Below are positions 50,704 to 59,872 of a stretch of DNA of 64,000 nucleotides, piece by piece; position 1 is the first letter of the stretch; each line of letters opens with the position of its first letter. This DNA is from a virus. Where the stretch lies: the IMG/VR virus record IMGVR_UViG_3300029374_000001, positions 1 through 64,000 of that record; one strand, given 5' to 3'. The position numbers and the translations under genes were made by a program. The notes under the pieces were generated by a model. That model did not search any database, was not told the origin of the DNA, and saw only the letters and a list, made by a program, of their open reading frames with translations.

Positions 50704-51114
50704 TTATTTCTTAAGTAAGTAAATAACTTTATCTGTAAGTTTGCTCATATAGCATACTCCAGTTCTATCTTTATCTTCTACATCTCCTAAACGAATATAT
50801 CCAATCTGATTACCTAATATAACTTTAGCTTTTAAGCCTGTTTTAACACTAGGCAGTATAGATATATTGAAGGGTGCTGTAAATTTGCTCTTAGGGAAAT
50901 GTATAGATCCCAAAGACTCAGTTTTAGGTAACTTTAGATCATCTAATTCTGATAAAAGTTTCTTATACTTATTTTTAAGCTCTACATAATCTTGTAAAAG
51001 ACTATCATACTTTAATCCTTTAGATTCTGCAATAGATCTTGAATTCATAAAAGTATTAAACTCTTTCTGAGTATATCCACCCAATATAGAGATAATCCAA
51101 TTTAAAATAAACAT
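50704..51114 (-). CDS. hypothetical protein
   Basis: 136-aa ORF. Confidence 0.45.
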   Translation of the reverse strand: MFILNWIISILGGYTQKEFNTFMNSRSIAESKGLKYDSLLQDYVELKNKYKKLLSELDDLKLPKTESLGSIHFPKSKFTAPFNISILPSVKTGLKAKVILGNQIGYIRLGDVEDKDRTGVCYMSKLTDKVIYLLKK

Positions 51115-51144
51115 TGATAAACTTTCCTTTCTATAAATATGTAA

Positions 51145-52251
51145 TTATACACCTATAGCCAACCAAGAGAAACCAGAGAACCAGGGATCTGAATTTGCAG
51201 CTGGTATTTGTTTAAATACATTAAATCCATTTGTATTTAAATCCCATATTTGAAGTACATTATCATGAAGATTTGCATTCTCATTATTATTTTGGGTATC
51301 GTGGTTTAAGTCTTGTAAATACACATTAAAACATACGCTATTAAATTGTTTGGGAAAAGTAAACCACTGAGATATACCTTCATTACCATTACCTCCCAAA
51401 TTATCTCTACCCCATTGGAATAATAATCCGCTAGGCAATCTCTGATATCCTCTCTCGGCTAAACTGCAATCTGTAAATCCAGAAGCCGCAATTTCGCTCT
51501 TTAAGACATAATCTATTTGAGCAGGATCGCTAGCAAATACTGGAATCCACGTATCTACTGCATTATGCTGACCCCTCCAATTAAAATTAGTCCATTCTGT
51601 CTGGTTTTGTATCTTATCCCAATAGCTCCAACCATCATGTTGGTTGTCTAGCCTGCGATGATAAATGTTATTATCACCAATACAAATGAACTGATCTTTT
51701 TGACCTGTTTCTCCTGTTACGCCTTCTGTTCCCGTTTGCCAACCCGTCCAGTCTTGTCCTGTTTCTTTTATATCTAGAATATCAAAGTCACCATAAAAAT
51801 GAACGTTATCTTCTAGTGTATTAAGCTCATTCATATTATTAATTTTTCTTAAGATTAATCTACTAGCCGCAACACTAGTATCCGCAGATATACTATTAGC
51901 AATTTTATTGATCGTATTCTGCGTTCCGTTAGCTTTAGTGACAGTAATAACACCATTTCCATCTCCGGCGACTGTCTTAACTAAATTCTGTGTAGCTGTA
52001 GCAATAGCTTGTGGTAGTTGTGTTTGTAAATCAGTAATCCCTTTCATAGCATAATATAATTGAGGTTTGGGTACATATCCATTATTGTCTAAGGACGCTA
52101 ACCCGTTGGGTTTGCCTCTATACTCATTTAATTCGTTTTTATAAGATTCTCTCCAATCTACAATATTCTTAGTATCAGTTTGATAATGAACAATTTCTTC
52201 TTTGCTACCATTGGTAACAGTCATAATCATACTTCTCCAATTATCAGGCAT
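51145..52251 (-). CDS. putative tail fibre / receptor-binding protein (Trp/Gly/Asn-rich C-terminal domain)
   Basis: 368-aa ORF. Assigned by composition and position in the structural block only. Confidence 0.35.
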   Translation of the reverse strand: MPDNWRSMIMTVTNGSKEEIVHYQTDTKNIVDWRESYKNELNEYRGKPNGLASLDNNGYVPKPQLYYAMKGITDLQTQLPQAIATATQNLVKTVAGDGNGVITVTKANGTQNTINKIANSISADTSVAASRLILRKINNMNELNTLEDNVHFYGDFDILDIKETGQDWTGWQTGTEGVTGETGQKDQFICIGDNNIYHRRLDNQHDGWSYWDKIQNQTEWTNFNWRGQHNAVDTWIPVFASDPAQIDYVLKSEIAASGFTDCSLAERGYQRLPSGLLFQWGRDNLGGNGNEGISQWFTFPKQFNSVCFNVYLQDLNHDTQNNNENANLHDNVLQIWDLNTNGFNVFKQIPAANSDPWFSGFSWLAIGV

Positions 52252-52329
52252 ATTGTTAAACCTTCTTTCTATATATTCTATTTAGATAATTTTCCAGATT
52301 ATTAGAATGTTAAACTCACAAAAGTATAT

Positions 52330-52351
52330 GGGTAGTCTATATAGACTACCC
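52330..52351. terminator. GGGTAGTCTAtaTAGACTACCC
   Basis: 10-bp perfect stem. Confidence 0.45.
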
Positions 52352-52364
52352 AGTTTATCATAGA

Positions 52365-53057
52365 TTATATTTCAAATTGATCAGCATACGTTGCCAGTTC
52401 GCCTCTATAGTTTTTAGTCAATACACATTCTTTAGCCCATTTCTTTTCACACATATATTTTATATATTTTTCAAAGGCTCCATTGGTGTTCTTGGTGTCT
52501 CTTTGTGCACTATGACCGGCCAATATAACTTTACAGTCATCATGAATTCTAGTCAATATTAATTTAAGACTGGATAGATCGCCATTCTGTGCTTCATCAA
52601 CAATAACTACAGATTTTTCTATATTTGTTCCTCTTAATCCAATATCTGTACACAATATAAATGATTGATTATTTCTTCCATAGTCTACATCCTCTGGACG
52701 TAAACCTAAGTCTTCGCATATATCGTAGAATGGTCTGAAGTATATACTCTCCTTTTCTAATTCTGACCCAGGCAAGAATCCTAACTTTAGAGAACGTAAG
52801 TCAGGAATTCGTATATAATAGACATGATTCATACATCCTTGTCTGAGCATTTCTAATGCTGCCATAATTCCAATATACGTTTTACCAGTTCCAGCAGGAC
52901 TGTTGATGCCAATAAACTTTAGATTCTTATCCATAATAGAATGATAATATTCTTTTTGATATACATCCAATTTAGAATAAGCTCTTCCTAAGATTTTGTC
53001 ATCCACATAAAAAGCTCCACCACTGTCTTTGCTACTGCCAGAATGTCTGTTATTCAT
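52365..53057 (-). CDS. phoH: PhoH-family ATPase
   Basis: Walker A SPAGTGKTY. VVIVDEAQN. The start is probably MNNRHSG (AGGAAGAG upstream) rather than the ORF-track Met at 53219. Confidence 0.8.
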   Translation of the reverse strand: MNNRHSGSSKDSGGAFYVDDKILGRAYSKLDVYQKEYYHSIMDKNLKFIGINSPAGTGKTYIGIMAALEMLRQGCMNHVYYIRIPDLRSLKLGFLPGSELEKESIYFRPFYDICEDLGLRPEDVDYGRNNQSFILCTDIGLRGTNIEKSVVIVDEAQNGDLSSLKLILTRIHDDCKVILAGHSAQRDTKNTNGAFEKYIKYMCEKKWAKECVLTKNYRGELATYADQFEI

Positions 53058-53248
53058 TATAATACCAGCTCTCTTCCTATATAGAATTAAGTATTGTAAG
53101 AGGAATACTTTACTATATTGTTTATCAATCAAAACATGCATAGAATCTATAGATTTGAAGGTTTTTATAAAAATAAAAAGAACTAATAGTACAATTATAC
53201 CATAAGTATCTTTTATCAAATATCAAAATATATAAAATGATAATAGAG

Positions 53249-53276
53249 TCTCCATAGACCATATGGTCTATGGAGA
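53249..53276 (-). terminator. TCTCCATAGACCatatGGTCTATGGAGA
   Basis: 12-bp stem. Confidence 0.5.
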
Positions 53277-53284
53277 ATTTTATA

Positions 53285-54049
53285 TTATACAATAATACTA
53301 TCCCAAATTGACTGCAATTCTGTTTTAGATAATTCTACGAAATCATCCTTATTCAGTTTCTTGTCTAATTCTGTATTGACCTGTGCTTTGGTATAATAAT
53401 TGGTAGCCTGATTTGTTGATACGACGGCAACCTTATTATCTACATACAACTTAATTCCCTTAGACTTAACGGGGTTATCAGAATTCTCTGTTGGATCATT
53501 ATCAAAGGTTAACTTATCTTGTTTGCCTGATATATCTTGATGTGTAGTCAAATAATTTTTATCATTAGTTAACTGAGATACTTTGGTAGGAATATCAGAT
53601 TTATCCGCCTTATTAGTATTTACTACGGCAATTTTATCGTCCACATATTTCTTAATTCCTTTAGACTTTACAGGATTATCGGAACTATCTGTAGGATCAT
53701 TATCGAACGTTAATTTATCCTGTTTACCAGAGATATCCTGATGAGTAGTTAAGAATCCAGCATCATTTGTCAATTGAGATGTTTTTGTTAAAATCTCAGA
53801 ACGATTGGCTTTATCAGAAATAGCAGCTGTTACATAAGTCTTTGTAGCATAATTGGTTAAATCAACTGTACCACTGGTTACTGTATCATCTACATACTTC
53901 TTGATGCCTTTGGATGTAACAGGATTTGTTGAGTTATCTGTAGGAGCCTCATCAAACGTTAATTTATTCTGCTTTGTATTAGCCAAATTGCCAATATTTC
54001 TAATTAAATCTTTAAGTCGTTCTTCGCCTATAAAATGTTGTTCTGCCAT
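53285..54049 (-). CDS. tail-fibre-like protein with 3 FDxxPTxxSxNPVxSKGI repeats. Paralogue of 54077..55393.
   Basis: Repeats FDEAPTDNSTNPVTSKGIKKYV, FDNDPTDSSDNPVKSKGIKKYV and FDNDPTENSDNPVKSKGIKLYV. C-terminus ELQSIWDSIIV. Confidence 0.55.
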   Translation of the reverse strand: MAEQHFIGEERLKDLIRNIGNLANTKQNKLTFDEAPTDNSTNPVTSKGIKKYVDDTVTSGTVDLTNYATKTYVTAAISDKANRSEILTKTSQLTNDAGFLTTHQDISGKQDKLTFDNDPTDSSDNPVKSKGIKKYVDDKIAVVNTNKADKSDIPTKVSQLTNDKNYLTTHQDISGKQDKLTFDNDPTENSDNPVKSKGIKLYVDNKVAVVSTNQATNYYTKAQVNTELDKKLNKDDFVELSKTELQSIWDSIIV

Positions 54050-54076
54050 AATATATTCCTTCTTCCTTTATTGTTT

Positions 54077-55393
54077 TTAACTAATAATGCTGTTCCAAAT
54101 AGATTCAAATTCTGATTTAGTCATCTCTTTAAATTCTCCAACCTGTACAGCTGCTATTTTACTATCTACTTCTGATTTATTATAATAATTAGAAATATTA
54201 ATAGCTTTCTTAGTATCGTCAATAGCTTTCCATACGCCACCAGAATATACAGGATTGCCAGAATCTTTAGTCGGATTTTCATCAAAAGTTAGTTTATCTT
54301 GTTTAGTAGCTATAGCTGCTGGCAAATCTGCTGTTTTCATATAGACACTTAATTCAGACTTATCTGCTTTAGCTTGTAATGCATTATAAATGCCTTTAGA
54401 CTTAACAGGATTATCTGATGTGGCACTAGGAGCATCATCCATTGCGCCAAATAAACTTAAATTATTAATAGCCGTAGTAATCGATGAATCTACATAAGAC
54501 TTAATTCCCTTAGACTTTACAGGATTATCAGAAGCAGCCGTAGGGGCTTCATCATATGTTAATTTGTCTTGTTTCAGAGTCAGCTTATTATTTACTTCTG
54601 TAGTCTTAGCATATTCTGCCAATTTAGCATCTACATCTGCTGGCTTAACATATTTCTTAAATTCATTAAAAATACCTTTAGACTTAACTGGATTATTTGA
54701 TAGGTCAGTAGGAACTTCATCAAAAGTCAATACGTCCTGTTTACCAGAAATATCTTGATGACTTGTTAAGAAACCCACATCATTGGTAAATTCAGATAAC
54801 TTTGTATGTAAGTCAGTCTTCTTAGCATAATCTTTAAATGTATTAAAGATACCTTTAGACTTAACAGGATTATCAGAATTCTCTGTGGGAGCATTATCAA
54901 AGGTCAACTTATCTTGTTTATTCTGTACTGCTGTAGATAATGCTGTCGTTGTTACCAGATTAGTTAATTCAGATTTATCTGCTTTAGTCTTAATTGCATT
55001 ATATACTCCACCGGATGTTACAGGATGCAATGAATTCTCTGTAGGAAGACTATCAAAGGTCAATATATCCTGTTTCAAAGCCAATGCAGATGTAACAGAA
55101 GAGTTCATAGCATAAGGAGTTAAAGCAGAAGTCAGTTCAGACTGTTTAACACAATTGGTCAATGCGTCATATACTCCATCAGATGTAATCAAGTTATTTG
55201 ATCCATCTGTAGGAGTACTATCTATACCGATAGTATTCATTTTACCATTTAATCTGGTATCTACTTCTGATTTATTATAATACTTATCTGCTAAATCTAC
55301 CACTTGAGAAGTTTCTGTTTCCGGATGTATTCCAGCAACCGTATTGTCTTTTAATCTGGTTTTTAATAATGCTTTCTTTTTTTTCATAGCCAT
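54077..55393 (-). CDS. tail-fibre-like protein with 7 FDxxPTxxSxNPVxSxGI repeats
   Basis: Seven repeats about 45 aa apart. C-terminus EFESIWNSIIS, paralogous to 53285..54049. Confidence 0.55.
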   Translation of the reverse strand: MAMKKKKALLKTRLKDNTVAGIHPETETSQVVDLADKYYNKSEVDTRLNGKMNTIGIDSTPTDGSNNLITSDGVYDALTNCVKQSELTSALTPYAMNSSVTSALALKQDILTFDSLPTENSLHPVTSGGVYNAIKTKADKSELTNLVTTTALSTAVQNKQDKLTFDNAPTENSDNPVKSKGIFNTFKDYAKKTDLHTKLSEFTNDVGFLTSHQDISGKQDVLTFDEVPTDLSNNPVKSKGIFNEFKKYVKPADVDAKLAEYAKTTEVNNKLTLKQDKLTYDEAPTAASDNPVKSKGIKSYVDSSITTAINNLSLFGAMDDAPSATSDNPVKSKGIYNALQAKADKSELSVYMKTADLPAAIATKQDKLTFDENPTKDSGNPVYSGGVWKAIDDTKKAINISNYYNKSEVDSKIAAVQVGEFKEMTKSEFESIWNSIIS

Positions 55394-55407
55394 TATTAAA
55401 TCTCCTT

Positions 55408-58245
55408 TTACTTCGTTTCAATCGTGATATAATCTAAATAATATCCTGGTTTAGGATCTATAGAAACGGTCAATTCTTTATTTCTCATTGTCTGATACTT
55501 AGTAGGAGAAATCTTAACATCATACCCATACAACGTAGATATTGCTCCTTCTACTTGAGACATCTCTACTGTACAAATATCAGCAGAAGCAGCTCCTGCA
55601 TCAATTGTAATATTTTCATTTAATTCTGTAATTGCATTGCCAACGATAGAATGTTTAACTCCATCTGCTCCAGTATAGTACAGTTTACCAGGAATATATC
55701 CAAGATCTCCTATTAGCAATACTTTCAGAGATCTCTTATATCCGACAGTAAATTCAATCTTACCATCCTTATTTGTTCTGGTAATGCCTTCTGTAACTAC
55801 TTTGATATATTGATGTACTGTGGGAAGTACAGTAACTTTATATCGTACTGTTTCGTTCAATGAAGCATAGATAATAATATCATGAGATACATCTATTTCT
55901 GTAATATTCAAAGTACCCTTATTAAATCCAGGTTTAACTTCTGTAATCTCTGCTTTAATATGAGGATATCTAGATGTAACGATAAATGAGTCTTCATGAT
56001 CTTCAACGATTCCATTGGCTTTATAATGATGAACCACAATCTTCTGGGTATCAGAATGAGCAATATTGACAGTATATTCTGCATAGGTTGCAGGAGTAGC
56101 GGTAATATATAAAATAGATCCAACAACTGCTTTAGATATATTCGGAGTTCCAGGGAAATGTGCATATGTTAATCCAGGTTTTGTAACCACTCTGACTTTT
56201 ATCAATGCATTTTCTGGAGCATCAAAAGAATCTTCATATGCTTTTCCATTCATATAGACAATAATCTTTTGATTAGTATACTTAGCAATATTAACTCTAT
56301 ACTTCTTAACTCCTTCAAATCTAGAAGCAATAGAATTCTCTTTATGCTCTGGAATATATCCATTATAATCTCTGGAGATTGTATCTAACATTCGAGGAAT
56401 AAAGTCTGTATTGATATCGTAGTAATGAGGAAATTTATCTTCAATGATATTATCAGAATCAATCAGTCTATTCATACCTTCGGGAATCTTCAGCATTGTA
56501 TTGATTCTAAGATCAGCAAATAGATAAGAGTTAACCATCTTTTCTGACTTAATAAGAACTTCTGCATCCCAATCTTTACAATACAGACGTCTCTTATCTA
56601 CATTATAGAAGTCCCACAGTGTTGTATATCCTTTAGGAGGTTTAAAGCTAAACGTTGTTTCTCCAAAGTTAAATTTACCAGCAGCTCTGCCAGTAAACGC
56701 ACCTTCATCATGAATAAAGAAATACGCATATTCTGTTCTACCATCTATTGATTTATTTACATCGACTGTAAATGGATTTCTGGGAGTAGATTTTGTAGGA
56801 AATTTTAATTTAGTAAAGTCTATTCCATCAATAATAACTTTCATTATATTATTGGCTAAGTCTAAGCATACGCCAATAACACTTCCCTGTTCAGGAGATA
56901 CAGAAGTTTCTATGTCTTCTAATACAAATAAATTATTAGCATTAGAATTCTGTAAGCCATCATTAATAATATGATACTGGAAATATCCAGCAGAATCTAA
57001 TAATCCGGTTTGAATAAATGGAGTTCCTCTATACAAATTCATTCGTATAGATTCTGTCATAATCGTTCCAGGATTAATCGCATTCATATATGTCGGAGAT
57101 ACAGCAGGATCTCTGGGTATAGAAGTAATACCCATAGACATCGGAATGCCTACTGTCTTTGGTTTTAATTGAGATTCTTTGACTGTATATTCAAAATAAA
57201 TCTTTTCTGTCTTAGGAATAGGATAATTGATATAAATATTAGATCCTACTAAATGAGAATTTGTATCTCCATAATCTGTAGTAGCTACAATACCCTCAGA
57301 AGCAGGCATCTTATATAACGTCTTATTGATAATATCTACTGTAGTAGAATCAGACACCAAAGAAATATTCTTGGCGATAGGATCTAATTCATTTTCTACA
57401 TGTACATCAGCATCTATATCTTTAGATAATAATTCAAAATTATCTCCAGTTATTGTTACCGTACATGGTTCATCCTTTGTGCCTATTTCTACAGGATCCA
57501 TTTCATGAGTAGCATACTTAGCATAATAAGCAGAATATAAAGATGTATACCCAGGAACAGGATGCTTTAATCCTGTCTCTCCAAAGTTACAATATCCTTT
57601 GATATGCTTTCTACCTTCTATGAACTCTATTCCAGATCTAAAGTTATTATCATCCGTAATTTGTTTGTAATAAATATCACTCCATATACAGAACCGCAAT
57701 CCTGTTTCTGTTTTCATATTAAACGGAGGATGGAATGAATAAAATGGCTTATTATAAGCAGGTTTTTCTGAGTCTGTAGTATAATTGACAAAGAATGTAA
57801 TCGTATTAGTTTTCAGATTTACTCCTACACCAATCGTGTCCATAATACCAGGTTTTCTACAGCCTACTTTTTCTTGTCCATCAGCATCTGTATAACTTCC
57901 ATCTATATATTGATGATATTCTACAGGAGCCCCATCATGATTAGACATGATGTCATACTTCGGATTCGATATATCATAATAAATTGACCCAACTGAGAAA
58001 GTTCCAGCTAATATTCCTGTAGAGATCTGTTTGCTTACACCTACATAAAGAGGAATATGCCTAAAATCGGCTATAGGATAATAATCCTGCACAGTGAACT
58101 CAAACATAGTCTTGTCTTTGATGGGTATATTACAAATCAGAAAGAATGGTTTATCCGAATCAAACTTGAGTCTGTCTCTGGATAACACATCATCATCTGC
58201 TACATAGCTGTTTATATCGTATGCACTCATATAAACACTCTTCAC
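55408..58245 (-). CDS. large structural protein (945 aa), possibly tail fibre or baseplate
   Basis: Long ORF in the structural block. No enzymatic motif recognised. Confidence 0.45.
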   Translation of the reverse strand: MKSVYMSAYDINSYVADDDVLSRDRLKFDSDKPFFLICNIPIKDKTMFEFTVQDYYPIADFRHIPLYVGVSKQISTGILAGTFSVGSIYYDISNPKYDIMSNHDGAPVEYHQYIDGSYTDADGQEKVGCRKPGIMDTIGVGVNLKTNTITFFVNYTTDSEKPAYNKPFYSFHPPFNMKTETGLRFCIWSDIYYKQITDDNNFRSGIEFIEGRKHIKGYCNFGETGLKHPVPGYTSLYSAYYAKYATHEMDPVEIGTKDEPCTVTITGDNFELLSKDIDADVHVENELDPIAKNISLVSDSTTVDIINKTLYKMPASEGIVATTDYGDTNSHLVGSNIYINYPIPKTEKIYFEYTVKESQLKPKTVGIPMSMGITSIPRDPAVSPTYMNAINPGTIMTESIRMNLYRGTPFIQTGLLDSAGYFQYHIINDGLQNSNANNLFVLEDIETSVSPEQGSVIGVCLDLANNIMKVIIDGIDFTKLKFPTKSTPRNPFTVDVNKSIDGRTEYAYFFIHDEGAFTGRAAGKFNFGETTFSFKPPKGYTTLWDFYNVDKRRLYCKDWDAEVLIKSEKMVNSYLFADLRINTMLKIPEGMNRLIDSDNIIEDKFPHYYDINTDFIPRMLDTISRDYNGYIPEHKENSIASRFEGVKKYRVNIAKYTNQKIIVYMNGKAYEDSFDAPENALIKVRVVTKPGLTYAHFPGTPNISKAVVGSILYITATPATYAEYTVNIAHSDTQKIVVHHYKANGIVEDHEDSFIVTSRYPHIKAEITEVKPGFNKGTLNITEIDVSHDIIIYASLNETVRYKVTVLPTVHQYIKVVTEGITRTNKDGKIEFTVGYKRSLKVLLIGDLGYIPGKLYYTGADGVKHSIVGNAITELNENITIDAGAASADICTVEMSQVEGAISTLYGYDVKISPTKYQTMRNKELTVSIDPKPGYYLDYITIETK

Positions 58246-58336
58246 GTTAGCTTAACCTCCTTTTTAAGAATTTATTATAATGTTTTATAAGGCATTCTCT
58301 ATCGGGATATCCCGATAGAGAAGCTTATTTGAAGTT

Positions 58337-58927
58337 TTACTGGTTACTGTAGAATATAGCATTTCCTCGTAAGGTGTCTCCACCACTACGCCAAGCGTCA
58401 CCATCCTGAAGAACGGCAAGATCCCATCTTGTAATTCCATCAGCAGGTTGTGGATCAGACCATACAGCATATGGCTCATGAGGAGCAATATCATCTTCGT
58501 TGTTTGCTGCTTCACCATGAGTCATAACTCTGTTCTTATCTATAGTTAAGTCTAAAGCATGAGCTGCTTCGGCAATCAACATAGACATCGATTCAATCTG
58601 CGCTTCTGTAGGAGGACATGGTCCCAGATCATAAGTACCATCTTCATAACATACTGCATCGTATGCTGCACAAAGAGAGATAGACAATGATCCAGAATTT
58701 CTTCTATATGTAGAAGATACAGGAGAGAACAAATCCCCAGTATAAACGATGGTACCATCTCCTAAAATACAGAAATGGTAATCATCAAATGTAGCATCAT
58801 ATCCACCAGCTGTCCAATGAAGATAGATTTTAACATCTCTTCCATAGGCTCTGGCATTATCCCAAAGATAATCATAAGCATCAGAAATCAATGATTTCGC
58901 TTCTTCTAAACTTACTACCTGATACAA
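58337..58927 (-). CDS. N-acetylmuramoyl-L-alanine amidase (Amidase_2 / T7-lysozyme-like endolysin)
   Basis: YHFCILGDGTI (T7 lysozyme has YHFIIKRDGTV). NSGSLSISL. PTEAQIESMSMLIAEAAHAL resembles TPAQMQSLRSLLVTLLAKY. HGEAA resembles HHEVAP. GC content is visibly higher than the surroundings. Confidence 0.75.
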   Translation of the reverse strand: MYQVVSLEEAKSLISDAYDYLWDNARAYGRDVKIYLHWTAGGYDATFDDYHFCILGDGTIVYTGDLFSPVSSTYRRNSGSLSISLCAAYDAVCYEDGTYDLGPCPPTEAQIESMSMLIAEAAHALDLTIDKNRVMTHGEAANNEDDIAPHEPYAVWSDPQPADGITRWDLAVLQDGDAWRSGGDTLRGNAIFYSNQ

Positions 58928-58929
58928 AC

Positions 58930-59274
58930 TTATTTCACCTCCAAAATCAAATTATAAAGAGCTTCCTTTAAAGATTGATATGTGGAGAATGTTAAGGTAT
59001 ATACAGCATCATGATCTTCTGTAGAAATAAATCGTATATTAGACTCTTTAGAATAGTTTCTATATAGAGTTGGATTCTCTTCTACAAATAAGATATTAGG
59101 ATACGTAAAGAATATATTAGAAGGAAACGTATTGATCAGATATTGATTGATCGATCGAATAATATCACTCAAATATAAATCATTATATTTTTTGAAGACA
59201 AATTTAATCCATACATATTCGTTTTGTTCATTACGTGCTTCTATATAAAAACACTTCATCTCAGCATTCTCCAC
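58930..59274 (-). CDS. hypothetical protein
   Basis: 114-aa ORF. Confidence 0.45.
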   Translation of the reverse strand: MENAEMKCFYIEARNEQNEYVWIKFVFKKYNDLYLSDIIRSINQYLINTFPSNIFFTYPNILFVEENPTLYRNYSKESNIRFISTEDHDAVYTLTFSTYQSLKEALYNLILEVK

Positions 59275-59285
59275 ATAAACAAGTA

Positions 59286-59783
59286 TTAATTCATATTATT
59301 AATATTTTTTACATGATGCCAGAACTGCGGAGATTTAACAACCATCTGATCCGGAGGAGTTGGAGGAGCGGGGGCATTTTTAGCCGTAATCATTACGGTT
59401 ACTGCATTGATTTTGTATTTATTTTTTACAGAATCAAATGTAGCCCCAGTAACCTGATCGATTTCATATCCAGGTTTAGCCGTAATAGTAATGAATTCGT
59501 TGACTCTTGCTCCTGTAGGATTAACCTCGATTTTATCTGCCGGATATGTAATAGTTGCATGAGGTCCAGCATGCTCGATTTTTACATTCTTAGCATCGCA
59601 CTTATACAATGCACCAGATGCGCTAGCACCAGTAATAGATATGATTGCAAATCCAGGTTTAGGCAGAATTTTAACTTTCTGACCAACCTCTACTGTGGAT
59701 TCTACTCCAGTAGTAACAGGAGTTCCATTAAAAGTAACATCAACAAATGCCGAATCAAAGACAAACGTAACTTTATCAGCCAT
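59286..59783 (-). CDS. single-module beta-sandwich/Ig-like protein with a Pro-rich tail (APAPPTPPD), related to the modules of the giant gene
   Basis: 165-aa ORF. It ends in a Pro-rich segment like 59873..64000 and shares the VTGA/ITGA and KPGY motifs. Confidence 0.5.
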   Translation of the reverse strand: MADKVTFVFDSAFVDVTFNGTPVTTGVESTVEVGQKVKILPKPGFAIISITGASASGALYKCDAKNVKIEHAGPHATITYPADKIEVNPTGARVNEFITITAKPGYEIDQVTGATFDSVKNKYKINAVTVMITAKNAPAPPTPPDQMVVKSPQFWHHVKNINNMN

Positions 59784-59872
59784 CGTATTTTATTCCTTTC
59801 TGAATTAAAATAATTCTGAGCTATTAAGATTATACTCAATAGCTCAGACTGATTTACCATTTATTTTTCTTA

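Noticed and set aside
58285-58518. 77-aa ORF overlapping the 3' part of the amidase gene. Considered as a holin.
   Set aside because: Different frame, overlaps the conserved amidase C-terminus, and has no convincing TM helices. The only clear small membrane protein is 31442..31738, far from the lysis gene.
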